Assembly (NCBI RefSeq): GCF_001194135.2
Contig: NC_068995.1
Coordinates: 44,426,585 to 44,490,584 of the forward strand
From: Octopus bimaculoides
Taxonomy: Eukaryota
Reading direction: 5' to 3'
DNA length: 64,000 nt
How positions within the stretch are numbered: the stretch's first letter is position 1; each line of letters begins with the position of its first letter. Positions 27,101 to 40,350 of this stretch are shown here, piece by piece. Position numbers and translations under genes: made by a program. Under the pieces are notes generated by a model. It saw only the letters and a list, made by a program, of their open reading frames with translations, did no database searches and was not told the DNA's origin.

Positions 27101-30100
27101 GCCATCTTCAGTCTCCTTGATAAAAATCCAATTGTTGATACAACACAACATTATGACTACTATTATTGTAATAGTCATGAGATGCAGACATGGCTATGCA
27201 GTTAAAAAGTTTGCTTCCCAACCACATGGTTTCAAGTTCACAACCATCATGTGGTATCTTAAGCAAGTGTCTTCTATTATAGCCTCAGGTCAACCAAAGC
27301 CTTGTGAGTAGATTTGCTAACTGGAAACTGAAAGAAGTCCAAGTGATTGTTATAAACAAGTGTTGCTGTCAATCAAGCAATGACCTTCATTTCCAGTACT
27401 TTAAAAAAACATGTCTGGCCATGGGGAAATATTACCTTGCTTGGGAACAGATGAGGGTTGGCAACAGGCAGGGCATCAAGCCGTATAAACTCTGCCTCAA
27501 TAAACTTAGTCTAACAAAAGTAAGCATGGAAAAATGGACATTAAAATGATGATGATGATGATGAGTCATGTACAGGAGTAATATTTTCAACAATTAGTAA
27601 ATTTTGTTACTAAATTCTGGGCTTTAAAAAAGGAGATCAAATCTCGCTATTTTTCACATTAATCATCAGTGGAATATTAACTACAACTGGTTATTTCTGA
27701 CCGTAAAATGGAATGATTGCAAGAAATATGTCTACACTGTTTGTGTTTGCTTTCTAGGTATCATTTGAAAGATGTAATAGTGGGCAAAATATATTTCCTA
27801 CTTGTCCGAATAAAAATCAAACACATGGAAATACAAATCATTAAAAGAGAGACCACAGGAACTGGTGAGTATTTATCTAGTTGTTATTGCTTTTATGTAA
27901 CCCCAGGCCTGTCCTGATCCAGCAGATGTATGATCAAGGACATTCCAGGAGTGACCATTCCATCATTTTAATTTTATTTGTAAAGGCAATGAGCTGGCAG
28001 AATTGTTAGCATGCCAGGAAAATTGCTTAGTGGCATTTTGTCTGTCTTTATGATCTGACTTCAAATTCTGCTTTGCCTTTCATCCTTTTGGGGTCAATAA
28101 AATAAATACCAGATGATCACTGGGGTCGATGTAATCAACTTACTCCCTCTCCCGAAATTGCTGGCCTTGTGTCAAGATTTGAGATCAATTTTATTTATTA
28201 TGTTTAGAGTAACATTATCCAGTGAGATTTTTTTACCCTTAAGACACTAGTATGTAATTTGTGGGGAGATTTGGTTGCTATTTCTAGCAGATAGAGCAAC
28301 CACAGAAATTCCTTTTATCCTCATCAGTAATAAAATATAAATGGTGATGAGTCTTGTAGACGTAAACTCTTGAGTTTTATCCTTGACTCAGTTTCAACTC
28401 CTAGTATTAAACTTTTCAGTGTGCCTTTGGAGACTGACCCACTCATTTTAACTTCCATTGTTTGGGCAGGCATAGCTTTGTGGTTAAAACTTTTGCTTCA
28501 CAATCATGTATGGTCAATTATATCATGGGCGTGTGCTTTATAACCTTGCCTTGGGTCAATGCAATATTTGCAAATACTAACTGGATTAACAAACTGTGGG
28601 GAAACAATGTTGAATGGCCTTGAGTAGGACAGTTAATTTATGTGCCCTGTTGAACACCATTACCACCTGGTTCTTCAGTGATTCTGACAGGGTCCATTGT
28701 CTTACAAAGTGTTCAGATCAGTTTTCTGGTCACAGGGTAACAAGACATCATCATATGCTACTTCCCATTGCAATAACAATTCATGTATTTTGGTTTCTTG
28801 CTTCTTTGACTAGTCTCGATGATATCAATCACTCGCTGTCTTGGAGGGTCTCTAAAAGTCTTCCTCTTAAGTAAAAGATACTTGCCCAGGGTGTTACATA
28901 GTGGGGCTGAACCCTAAATCTTGTCTTGCCCACCAGACACCACATGATATAGATAGGTTTGAAACATCCCCTCTATCGTCCTTGGTGAGGTAGTTATGGG
29001 GTTTTTTTCTTGGTAATTTAATCTTTTATCCTTTTAATATTTTTTCTTTCTTTTCTTCCTGTAAAAATGTTAATAAAATGATAATAATAAAAACGATAGT
29101 TTTTCTGTTTGACCCATAAGATGTGATGATATTTGTTCTACTTTCCAGGTCCCAATGTTTACAATGAGAATGAAACAATTGCAAAATATGAGATCATGGA
29201 TGGGGCACCTGTCCGAGGTATGATTAGTTTCATCAATGTTTTTTGCTGAATATCTGTTAAATATAATATGTTAGTAGACTCATGAATAAAAGTTGATAAT
29301 TATTGGTCTCTTAAATAAAATATCAATAGTTATTGATTCTTTTAAATATCTAATTATTAATCTCATAAATATATATAATTATTGATCTCATAAATAATAT
29401 CTATAATTATTGATCTCATGATTACATATTGATCCCTTAAATATAATATCAATTTGTTGACCTCTTGAGTAAAATATCAATAATTATTGGTTTCTTAAAT
29501 AAAACATAAAAAAATTATTGATCTCTTAAATAAAAACATCAATAATTATTGGTCCCTTGAATAAAACATAAATAATTATTGATCTCTTGAATAAAACATT
29601 AGTAATTATTGATCTCTTGAATAAATGTCTACAATTATTGGTTTTATGAATATCTATAATTTTTTTTTATCTATGAATTGAATCTGTTTAATATCTTCAG
29701 TTATTGACTTGATTAGATGTATCATTTGAATAATGCTTTATATTGATTAGAAATATCAAAGCTAATTAAGAGAGAGAATGTGAGTAGTTGTACATTCAAT
29801 CAAATATTGAGCAATTTCTGATGAAAGGTTACAACTTACTATTTGATGAGATATTTATTATGGGGTTTCATAGAGCAGTAGTACTTTTGGTAAGGTTCCT
29901 TCCAAAACTCTCACATTTGCTTTAATGAACTGTCTGTATGCGATAGTGCACCACCTCCTGGTCAATGACAATTGGCAGGCTGGCCAAACTAGGTTGAAAC
30001 TGACTAATGAGTGCCAATGACTTTATAAAATCTCTGTAAAATTCTGTAAGGGTTTGTCACCGTGCACACATGAACACTGGAAGTTGTAGTGTAGACAAGG

Positions 30101-33100
30101 GTAGTTGCAGTTACCCACCTGACCCTGTCCTCTGCTAGTGATACTCTTTAAGGTGTCAATGTTCAAAAGGCAGAGGTCTTTGTCAAGACAAAGTGTATTT
30201 GTTATCAATTTTGTTCATAGAATGATTGATTTTCTATGCTTGTATGGATTATTGTTGTTGGCACTCCGTCGCTTACGACGTTGAGAGTTCCAGTTGATCC
30301 GATCAACGGAACAGCCTGCTCGTGAAATTAACGTGCAAGTGGCTGAGCACTCCACAGACACGTGTACCCTTAACGTAGTTCTCGGGGATATTCAGCGTGA
30401 CATAGCGTGTGACAAAGCTGACCATTTTAATTACAGGCACAACAGAAACATGAAGTAAGAGCGAGAGAAAGTTGTGGTGAAAGAGTACAGCAGGGTTCGC
30501 CACCATCCCCTGCCAGAGCCTCGTGAAGCTTTAGGTGTTTTCGCTCAATAAACACCCACAACACCCGGTCTGGGAATCGAAACCGCGATCCTATGACCAC
30601 GAGTCCGCTGCCCTAACCACTGGGCCATTGCGCCTCCACTTGTATGGATTAGATGAAGACTTATTTCAGGCAAGATTTTATGGCCAGATACCCTTCCTGT
30701 CATCAACGTTTTGCCTTTCTTACAAGTAAAGAATTTTTTATTTCACAGTTCTTCAAAAAGAACAACCAACCATAACATTGACAAGGAATGCAAACATCAA
30801 TTCACTGTTTTACTCTGGCTGTAACAAGCAAAACTGTGAAATATCAGCATTCAAGCACATTCACATGCTCACACACACACTGCTATATATATATATATAT
30901 CATCATCATTGTTTAACGTCCGCTTTCCATGCTAGCATGGGTTGGACGATTTGACTGAGGACTGGTGAAACCGGATGGCTACACCAGGCTCCAATCTGAT
31001 TTTGCAGAGTTTCTACAGCTGGATGCCCTTCCTAACGCCAACCACTCTGAGAGTGTAGTGGGTGCTTTTATGTGCCACCCGCACGAGGGCAAGTAGGGCG
31101 ATACTGGCAACGGCCATGCTCAAAATGGTGTATTTTCTGTGCCACCTGCACAAGAGCCAGTCCAGGGTCACTGGCAACGATCTCGCTCGAAAGTCCATTA
31201 CACATACTACTCACAACATTGGTAAACCCAAGACAATTGCTCAAGGTGTTGTACAGTAGGACTCAGATGTAAAAAGAATAAGGCTGTGATTATTTCAAAT
31301 AATATAAAATGGAAGTATAACTATTTTTGAAGAAACCAGCCCTTTCCTCTCTCTAATACAAGAGGTATCAGGCTGATAGATCAACTTGACAAACTTGTGA
31401 AGTTTAATATAAACATTGTTAGAATATTCGTGGCTTTGTTTATATTTTCTTAACACTTTTCTTTGTTATTGTCCTGAATAGGTGAGTCTATACCAATTCG
31501 ACTGTTCCTAAGTGGATATGATTTAACACCAACTATGAGAGACATCAACAAAAAGTTTTCTGTCCGTTATCACCTTAATTTGGTTTTAGTTGACGAGGAA
31601 GAACGCCGTTATTTCAAACAACAGGTAACTTTTAATTTCTCCTAATTTTGCACTCGCTCTCTTTCAGAACTCTGACAAGAGCAGAGACATTGCCTTTGAC
31701 AATTCCTCAAAAGCATTGGTAACTCATGTATTCTCTCTCCCACGCTCACACAGTTTTGGAGCTAGTAAAAACATGATAGTAGTAGATAACAGGACTTGAT
31801 TCTTTGCAGTATCTAATACTCATTGTCCTCAACTCAAATCTCTTAAGTCTTTGCGGTTTTTAGTTTGAATGGGGTGAAGAAGAGATTGATGTCTGCAGGA
31901 GAAAACATAATCAACAAGATGTTTTAGAGCAGGGGTTTTCAAACTGTGGTCCGCGGACCACAGGGGGTCCGCAAGGACAAGACAGTGGGTCCGTAGACAG
32001 CAAATACTTTTTATGAGCAATTTGATTTTATATATGTTTTTTAATTGAAATCTTTTAATTGACAATAAACCTATTTGTTAAATACTGCTAAATAAATAAA
32101 TGTAAAAATATATGTTATTTTAAGCAAATATTTATGTATAAATTTCATAAGCGTTTATAACGGGGTCCCCAAGGTAAAGCCTGAAATATAAAGNNNNNNN
32201 NNNGCAGGGGTTTTCAAACTGTGGTCCGCGGACCACAGGGGGTCCGCAAGGACAAGACAGTGGGTCCGTAGACAGCAAATACTTTTTATGAGCAATTTGA
32301 TTTTATATATGTTTTTTAATTGAAATCTTTTAATTGACAATAAACCTATTTGTTAAATACTGCTAAATAAATAAATGTAAAAATATATGTTATTTTAAGC
32401 AAATATTTATGTATAAATTTCATAAGCGTTTATAACGGGGTCCCCAAGGTAAAGCCTGAAATATAAAGGGGTCCACAAGTCAAAAAGTTTGAAAACCCCT
32501 GTTTTAGAGGACTGCAGTTCTAAGGGAAACTTGAGTATTTTATGAACAATAGACCCAGTAATGAGGACACAAAAATAAAAAAACTGATTTGATAGGTAGG
32601 ACTCTGTAGTAGGTATAGGGTAAATTCAAAAGACCTGAGAAATGAGACTGTTTTACTGTTGTATCTATTTGCTTGTTGTAATGTTTTGGTAAATGGGTCT
32701 TTGCTAACCAGTCAACTGGCTTTATTTTGATTGTGTGTGCAGCATTCTTCTATATATGTAAGCACTACTTCAGTTTAACTATTCCCTTTAGTTTTGTTGA
32801 GAAATCCCAGTCTCTGGGATATAGTTTGGTAATATTTTGCTCCACTTAAATGTGGATGTTCTGTTAGAACAAACTATACTGCAGTAGATACCATGAGTAC
32901 AGTTTGTTCTAACAGAACATCTACATTTAAGTGGGAATATATATACTCTTTTACTCTTTTCAGTCATTTGACTGCGGCCATGCTGGAGCACCGCCTTTAG
33001 TCGAGCAAATCGACCCTGGGACTTATTCTTTGTAAGCCTAGTACTTATTCTATCGGTCTCTTTTGCCGAACCGTTAAGTGACAGGGACATAAACACACCA

Positions 33101-33559
33101 GCATTGGTTGTCAAGCAATGCTAGGGGGACAAACGCACACACACATATATACGACAGGCTTCTTTCAGTTTCCGTCTACCAAATCCACTCATAAGGCTTT
33201 GGTCGGCCCGAGGCTATAGTAGAAGACACTTGCCCAAGATGCTGCACAGTGGGACTGAACTCAGAACCATGTGGTTGGTAAGCAAGCTACTTACCACACA
33301 GCCACTCCTGCACCTATATATAGTTTTTGATAAGCTTTGGTATTGTTCTTATGTATGAGTTGAATCCATTTACTTATAGATGTTTTTTTTGTTTTTTTTT
33401 TTTTCCCCCCATCAGGAAATCACTATATTCCGGAAAGCTGACAAAGTACGTAAAAGCATCCAGGCCACATTGCAAGCGCAGCATGCTACAATGCAGAGAA
33501 TGACTTTTCGTCGGGAACAGGCTGAAGCTAATAAAGATAACAGTAGTGATGATCAGTAA
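21023..33559 (+). CDS. VPS26: Vacuolar protein sorting 26 (retromer subunit), coding exons 2-9; 335 aa if a single ATG exon is added
   Basis: Exons 21023-21166, 23216-23291, 25252-25408, 26397-26561, 27758-27864, 29149-29217, 31482-31624 and 33416-33559 join in frame with GT-AG introns. Hallmark peptides: [89 protein letters not shown]. Confidence 0.97.
21320..21534. repeat. 95-bp-arm inverted repeat with one mismatch and a 25-nt loop, in VPS26 intron 2
   Basis: 21320-21414 is the reverse complement of 21440-21534 except A21396/C21458. Confidence 0.95.
23216..23291 (+). CDS. VPS26: VPS26 coding exon 3 (VNVTLKK...FIGQI)
   Basis: attag| and G|gtacgt; 76 nt. Confidence 0.95.
25252..25408 (+). 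CDS. VPS26: VPS26 coding exon 4 (ELYYDRG...VNVRLR)
   Basis: tttcag| and AG|gtatgt; 157 nt. Confidence 0.95.
25663..26150 (-). mobile_element. SINE family A copy in VPS26 intron 4
   Basis: Matches the 7761 and 47491 copies. Confidence 0.85.
26397..26561 (+). CDS. VPS26: VPS26 coding exon 5 (YFLRVT...EYNKSK)
   Basis: gtgcag| and AA|gtaagt; 165 nt. Confidence 0.95.
27758..27864 (+). CDS. VPS26: VPS26 coding exon 6 (YHLKDV...ETTGT)
   Basis: ttctag| and G|gtgagt; 107 nt. Confidence 0.95.
29149..29217 (+). CDS. VPS26: VPS26 coding exon 7 (GPNVYNE...GAPVR)
   Basis: ttccag| and G|gtatga; 69 nt. Confidence 0.95.
29298..29660. repeat. Degenerate ~29-nt AT-rich minisatellite (taattattgatctcttaaataaaatatcaa) in VPS26 intron 7
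   Basis: About a dozen recognisable units. Confidence 0.8.
30253..30640 (-). mobile_element. Full-length tRNA-derived SINE (family C)
   Basis: Head ggaggcgcaatggcccagtggttagggcagcggactc...ggtttcgattccc and (CAA)n tail. Near-identical copies at 51952-52385(+) and 53178-53489(+). Confidence 0.9.
30899..31190 (-). mobile_element. SINE family A copy in VPS26 intron 7
   Basis: Matches the other family A copies. Confidence 0.85.
31482..31624 (+). CDS. VPS26: VPS26 coding exon 8 (GESIPIR...YFKQQ)
   Basis: gaatag| and CAG|gtaact; 143 nt. Confidence 0.95.
31930..32501. mobile_element. hAT-type MITE (~300 bp; appears doubled by an assembly overlap at the 10-N gap)
   Basis: Perfect 15-bp TIRs caggggttttcaaac / gtttgaaaacccctg and 8-bp TSD ttttagag (31922-31929, 32502-32509). 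Confidence 0.92.
33416..33559 (+). CDS. VPS26: VPS26 coding exon 9 (EITIFRK...SSDDQ*)
   Basis: Long polypyrimidine tract then catcag|; TAA at 33557-33559. Confidence 0.92.
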   Translation, partial: EITIFRKADKVRKSIQATLQAQHATMQRMTFRREQAEANKDNSSDDQ

Positions 33560-34125
33560 CGTTTTCTTTTTGCAGTGATTGCATGTGGAGACCGATAGCT
33601 CTGTCTGATGACAAACCCTGAAACAGTATATAGTGACTGATGATGCAAAAATTATGCTCTCAAAGGATATATATATATATGTATGTATATATATATATAT
33701 ATACACACACATATGAATGTATATGTTTAGGCAGTGTCTTAACATTGCTTCTGTTCTATTACAAAGAAGTATCCAAACTCTCTGTTGACCAAAAACTCTT
33801 ATCTAATCAAACCAAAACAAAACAAACAAAAAAAAAAACACTTTTTTTTTCTTTTTTCCTTTCTGTTTATCCCTCTGCTCTTTTTTTTTTTTTTTTAATT
33901 GATTTATTTGTAATTCTATATCAACTGAAATTATCATGGACATTTCAACATTTTTGAGGGTCTTTTTTTTTTCTTTTCTTTTCTTTTGTCTTGTTTTTTT
34001 CAAACATTGTTGTTATTCATTTTCCTCTGTTAATTTTTCCCCCAGGAAATGTCCTCATCCACCATACTGCTAAAGTTAACGAATAGTAATTACACATTCT
34101 CTTTCGACCCCATTCTCTCTCTCTT

Positions 34126-34196
<71 letters not shown>

Positions 34197-34327
34197 CTCT
34201 CACTCTCTCTCTCTCTCTCTCCTTTCCGTATTATATACAGTGTAAAAAAAAAAACACGAATAGCTGTTTTGAACTTGCTATTTCTTATGTTAATATGATA
34301 TACATCAATTTACATTATTTTATGAAA

Positions 34328-34333
34328 AATAAA
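34328..34333 (+). terminator. VPS26: Candidate VPS26 polyadenylation signal AATAAA
   Basis: First AATAAA I found downstream of the stop codon. Confidence 0.45.
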
Positions 34334-34902
34334 TATTTGAAAAAACACATTTCAAGCAGAAATCAATTATTTTGGACTAATGTGTAAAATGTGTGTGTGT
34401 NNNNNNNNNNNNNNNNNNNNNNNNNNNNNNNNNNNNNNNNNNNNNNNNNNNNNNNNNNNNNNNNNNNNNNNNNNNNNNNNNNNNNNNNNNNNNNNNNNNN
34501 NNNNNNNNNNNNNNNNNNNNNNNNNNNNNNNNNNNNNNNNNNNNNNNNNNNNNNNNNNNNNNNNNNNNNNNNNNNNNNNNNNNNNNNNNNNNNNNNNNNN
34601 NNNNNNNNNNNNNNNNNNNNNNNNNNNNNNNNNNNNNNNNNNNNNNNNNNNNNNNNNNNNNNNNNNNNNNNNNNNNNNNNNNNNNNNNNNNNNNNNNNNN
34701 NNNNNNNNNNNNNNNNNNNNNNNNNNNNNNNNNNNNNNNNNNNNNNNNNNNNNNNNNNNNNNNNNNNNNNNNNNNNNNNNNNNNNNNNNNNNNNNNNNNN
34801 NNNNNNNNNNNNNNNNNNNNNNNNNNNNNNNNNNNNNNNNNNNNNNNNNNNNNNNNNNNNNNNNNNNNNNNNNNNNNNNNNNNNNNNNNNNNNNNNNNNN
34901 NN

Positions 34903-34964
<62 letters not shown>

Positions 34965-37122
34965 ACTTTTACTGTTATGTCTATCTAAACAAGTTATCCC
35001 AAAACTAACAAAAATCTGAGGTTAATTTGTACATATTTTTACAAGTTTAATTTGAGACTAATTTGTACATATTTATTGAAAAGAATCTGGTCAAACAAAG
35101 ATTATAGTTTTTTTTTCTTTTGTTTTTTTATTTACTTTTTTAAGAAAATTGACTTTCAAAGCATTTAGATGGAAGTCTTTTCAAGTTTCTTCAAAGAGGT
35201 GTGAACCATTAACCTCTGCCTCAGGAAGCCTTTCGTTAGATGATGCTTTCACCAGGTTATTTCTTGTACTGCTACCTAAATTTTACCTGATGTTACAGCT
35301 TCTTTTGGATGAACACAAATATTAACAACACTAATAATTGTTATCTTTACTCCTTGTTAAGACTACAACAGAGTAAATATCTTAAAATTCTTCTGTTGAC
35401 ACTGGTATATTTGTGTGTGTGTGTGTGTATGTATGTGTGTGTATGTATGCACAACATTTTAATGAATGATTTTTATGGAGCTGTGCTGATCCCTCAAGTA
35501 TGTGTGGAGTTAGCTGAGTGCTTTACTTTGACTTTCTTCATTCCCACCCTCTACAACCCTTAAATAATTTTGAAGATTAGAAAACTTAAGAAGAAAATAA
35601 ATTTTATAAAATTGTATTTGTGTTTAGCTGTAATTTATTTCCCTCAAAACATAAAAACTCCACCATAAAGAATGGTGGCAGGTGTCGGAGCTATTTATGT
35701 TTCTTATTTACAACTTTTAGAGTGGCAGAAACCAGAAGCGTTAGCCTTCTGAGTTCAAATGTACTTAAGGGTTTATTCTAATTTGGGGATCAGTTCTATG
35801 GATCACTCCATGCAAGCATGGAAAAACAACAAAATAAAGGAATAATAAAAAAAAAAAGACGTAATATGTTGGTTGTGGCTGAGCTGTATAATATCTACAA
35901 TCATTGCCAGTGCGGGTGGCATGTAAAATACACCATTTTGAGCGTGGCCGTTGCCAGTACCGCCTGACTGGCCTTCATGCCGGTGGCACGTAAAAGCACC
36001 CACTACACTCTCGGAAAGTGGACGTTAAACGACGATGATGATGATGAAGAATCATGGCTGTCTCTTCTGTACCAGTGCTTCATTATATTCACCTTTTACC
36101 TATTCCCCATCTCTAACCACCTTTCATTCACCCTCACACTTTTGCAACATCTACCCACCTACACTCCATGTTCTCTAGCCCTCACTCACTTCCACTCTGA
36201 TACCTCCTCACCACTTTTTTTTATCTCTTTCCAGCTCAACCACAGTTACTCCTATTCTCTCTTCTATAATGTGAGTAGCCATGTAGCTCCTCTATACTAA
36301 GAAATCTGTTCTCTTCTGGCCCCTTGTACTTTAATCCATCAACTTTTAGCATAAAGGTGCCTCCCTCTCTATTGCAGCCCCACTCAGTGAGAGGGAATCC
36401 TTAGTCTTGCAAGCAGGGGTGCCACAACAAAAAAACCCACTATATTTTATAAAGTTATTAGTATTAGGAAGGCCAGCTAACCAGCCATAGAAATTACACC
36501 AAAGCAAACACTGGATCGCAATGCAGTTCTGGGACCTGTTGGATCCTGTTAAACTGTTCAACTCATGCCAGCATGGACATTAAATGATAAGCCTGCTGGC
36601 TATTTGCAAGGTCAGTGCTTGAAAAGTCACTGTAATTCTACATATTATTGGTGGTGAGGTTTGGTTGGTATACAGTGAGAAGACAGCTGTCACCGAAGAG
36701 ATGCATGAGGTTGAAATCACATGATTTGGCAGTTCCAGCACCCATAGCAGATGATTCTCCTCTGCCAACAGTATTAATGCACCATGCATCCATATGAGAG
36801 TTGAATACTTCGGTATTCAGCTTTCTAACAAAACATCCACTTTAAGCTGGATTTAATTATTACCTTTTGGTACTAATACGGTTTCTGTTGCTTAATATTA
36901 TATATATATAAGGCAAAATGATTAGCATGCTGGGCAAAATACTGACCAGCATTTAACCATCTTTATATTCTGAGTTGAAATTATGTTATGGTCAGCATTA
37001 TATTTCACTCTTTCAGGGTTGATAAAATAAGTACCAGTTGAGAACTCGAGTCAATATGACTCACTCCTCCCCCAAATTGCTGGCCTTGTGCCAAAATTTA
37101 AAACCAATAAATATAATATATA

Positions 37123-37304
37123 TAAAGAATAAAAAGTTTTGAATGGTACAACAATGCACAATAATACAACAAATGGACTATATACCTGTTGTAATTTAGT
37201 TATCTATAGTCCGGACTATTGATAACTTAATTACAACAGGTATATAGTCCATTTTTTTTGTATTCTAGTGCATTGTTGTACCATTCAAAACTTTTTATTC
37301 TTTA
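37123..37304. repeat. Loopless ~180-bp palindrome (foldback/MITE-like) centred on TCCGGA
   Basis: The ~90-bp arms are reverse complements with a few substitutions and indels. TA occurs at both ends. Confidence 0.9.
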
Positions 37305-37344
37305 CAAACAATACACAATGCTTCAAGCGAACTACAATACTATC

Positions 37345-37421
<77 letters not shown>

Positions 37422-38923
37422 GAAGGACTAATGTAGTGATGAGAATGTTTTATTTCTTCAAGAAGTCTGTTGTATACAATCAGAAATACTGAAATATTGA
37501 TTGTGTCCGTCTTGCCTCAGCAAAAATATTGAAAGTAAACAAAAAGTGAATCAATGCGCAAGTTAAGAATATGTCCTGACAATTCAAGTATTGTGCTGTA
37601 TCACCACCTTTCAGCTTTACAAATTTTCACAGATCTCCATCGTTTGACAAGAGCCCAATTATTCAACTGACTGAGTTATCTGCTCCTGAATTTCTGTGCA
37701 AGTGGCCAAGCACCCACAAGCATGTGCACCTTTCAGGTAATTCTCAGTATGAGACAATGTGACAAAGTCGTACCTTTTGAATTATTGGGACAATCCACCT
37801 GATGAGCTTCTATACAGTTTCCATTCACAAGGTATTCTTCAAGCGAAGGCCATAGAAAATTACATTTGACCAAGATGCCATGCTTTGGAATGGAACCCAC
37901 ATCCTTGTGGTTGCAAAGCAAATTTCTTACCCATTCTGCCATGCTGCACTTAGAAATTTTATGCCTTGAGAAAAAAAAAATGGCTATTCTTTATCTTTTT
38001 AGATTACTTATCAATGTCTAAATTTAGCAATCATGTAATGCATTTTTCTTTATCACCATGAAATTAATTAATGCCTGAACAAACAGTGGAGACATAAGAA
38101 ATGGTGAAAGGATTAGTACAAATGAATTACTCGTTTATTTGTTTCAGTCATTTTGACTGTGGCCATGCTGGAGCACCGCCTTTAGTCGAGCAAATCGACC
38201 TCAGGACTTATTCTTTGTAAGCCTAGTACTTATTCTATCAGGGTCTTTTGCCGAACCGCTAAGTTACGGGGACCTAAACACACCAGCATCGGTTGTCAAG
38301 CAATGTTGGGGGGACAAATACAGACACAAACACAAACACACATACATACATACGACGGGCTTCTTTCAGTTTCCGTCTACCAAATCCACTCACAAGGCTT
38401 TGGTCAGCCCGAGGCTATAGTAGAAGACACTTGCCCAAGATGCCACACAGTGGCACTGGACCCGGAACCATGTGGTTGGTAAGCAAGCTACTTACCACAC
38501 AGCCACTCCTACGCCTATATATATATATATATATATATAATGAAATGTAACAACAAAATACTGAGACCTCAATATTAGAAAAATAGAGGATTATATATAT
38601 GTATGTTATAATTTAGAACAAACAGTGAAAGGTTATCATTATAGTGCTTGGAGTTTAAAATGTCAGATCAAAGAGCTATGATACATTCTCGTCAGCTATT
38701 AATGGCAACAGATGCTATGAAAAAATAAACCCGTTAAATAAAAGGGAAGTAACTCTAATAGATGGAAAAAAAAATATGCTACTATATTCTCACAATACAT
38801 AGACATAAATCTCCTGCATTCATGTCTATATACGTACACACACACACAAACGTGTATGCACATGTACACACACAAACATATATGTATGTACATACTCATA
38901 CATACACATCCATACATACATGC

Positions 38924-38979
<56 letters not shown>

Positions 38980-39109
38980 TTTTATTGGCTAAACTGGCAA
39001 TATGACCATCCCCAAGTACAACAACATATATATATATATATTACAAATAAAAGGGTAAAGGATTATCAATTTGTGGTGAAGCAACTGTTGCTGATCCTTT
39101 AATTATGTT

Positions 39110-39154
<45 letters not shown>

Positions 39155-39536
39155 GCAACCTCATCCTCATATACACATAGTTGCTTACATGCATACACAT
39201 ATAATGCATATATATTCAGACATTTATACATGTATATATACAGACATACATTCGCACACCCGTATACACACATACCCTCCCATCACACACCTACACCCAC
39301 ATATATACAAACATAAGCATATCCATATAAATGAAGGGGGCATGTGCATGAAAGTCGCATAATAAATACATACTATAATAAATACAGTGTACTGAATGCA
39401 AGGGAGTCCCTCACATTCGGTACACTGTATTTATTATGGTAGTTTTGACTTTGAGTCCATCATAGCGTGAGGCATTTATGTGAAGAAATGCCCTTCATAT
39501 AAATAAATATATATATACACACACATATATATATAC

Positions 39537-39576
<40 letters not shown>

Positions 39577-40049
39577 CATATTAGCCTTGTTTTAAAATAT
39601 AATAGGTACAAGCATTGCACTTTGCAGCAAATAAAAATACATTCACTGGTGCAGTGCATTAAAAAAAAAAACCTGAAGTTTTCCTACGCTTCTAGAATTT
39701 GCTGACTCACTATGAAAACTTGTGATACACCAGCCTACCATGCATTGCAAAGTGGTCGAAAACATCTGGATTAAAGGAACAAAAAAAAAAAAAAGCCTTT
39801 AGATTTTTAGTTATCTCCCTTCATCTTCTAAGCTTAAATCCTCCCTCCTATGATCACCTTTATCATATATACTTCCTTTAGGCTTTGAATTTTAAATTAC
39901 TAGTCAATTTGTATAATATATCACTGACTATACAAGTCAAGTATTGGTATAAGCAAGGTTTTTTCCCCCCCACTCTATCTAAAATACCAATTATCATAAT
40001 TATTTGGTAAAACTTTGCCCAGTTTATTTGCATTACTCATCACAATGCT

Positions 40050-40350
40050 GCATAGTTTTGGAGAGGTCTACATGACAACGTCCTATATCTATACAACATG
40101 GGTTGATGAAGGTTCTCCTAGCTGACTAATCTGTGTATATTCATGCGAAGGTGTCCTTATGAATGTAGTACTAATGAGTTCTTATTAAGCTCTGCAACAT
40201 TCTTCTGCAAAATGTGTGTCTCTTTCTAATGATATCAGTGACTGTGAGAAGGCTGTCATCTGGTCTTTTGTTGGATGCATTTTCCAGGAGTTCTTCAGAA
40301 CAGCCCTTAACAAGCAGGAGTAAATGCCATCAAACCTTGTCTCAAGGTGT
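40050..40350 (-). mobile_element. Degenerate RTE-like LINE C-terminal fragment
   Basis: Minus translation VLKNSWKMHPTK...ELIS..F.RTPSH resembles the LNxSWxQHPTK...DELISDVLLWTPSHG region of RTE-type ORF2. Confidence 0.55.

Noticed and set aside
30590-30640. tRNA-like sequences with A and B boxes (also at 14605, 51955, 53180)
   Set aside because: They continue into repeated SINE bodies and lack a complete cloverleaf, so they are SINE heads and not tRNA genes.
31929-32468. 265-nt tandem duplication within the hAT MITE
   Set aside because: Identical copies straddle a 10-N gap, and there is only one pair of TSDs; assembly artifact.
33605-33623. CTGATGA...GAAA hammerhead-like core in the VPS26 3'UTR
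   Set aside because: No stem II closing pair (C...T) and no stem III with an NUH cleavage triplet.
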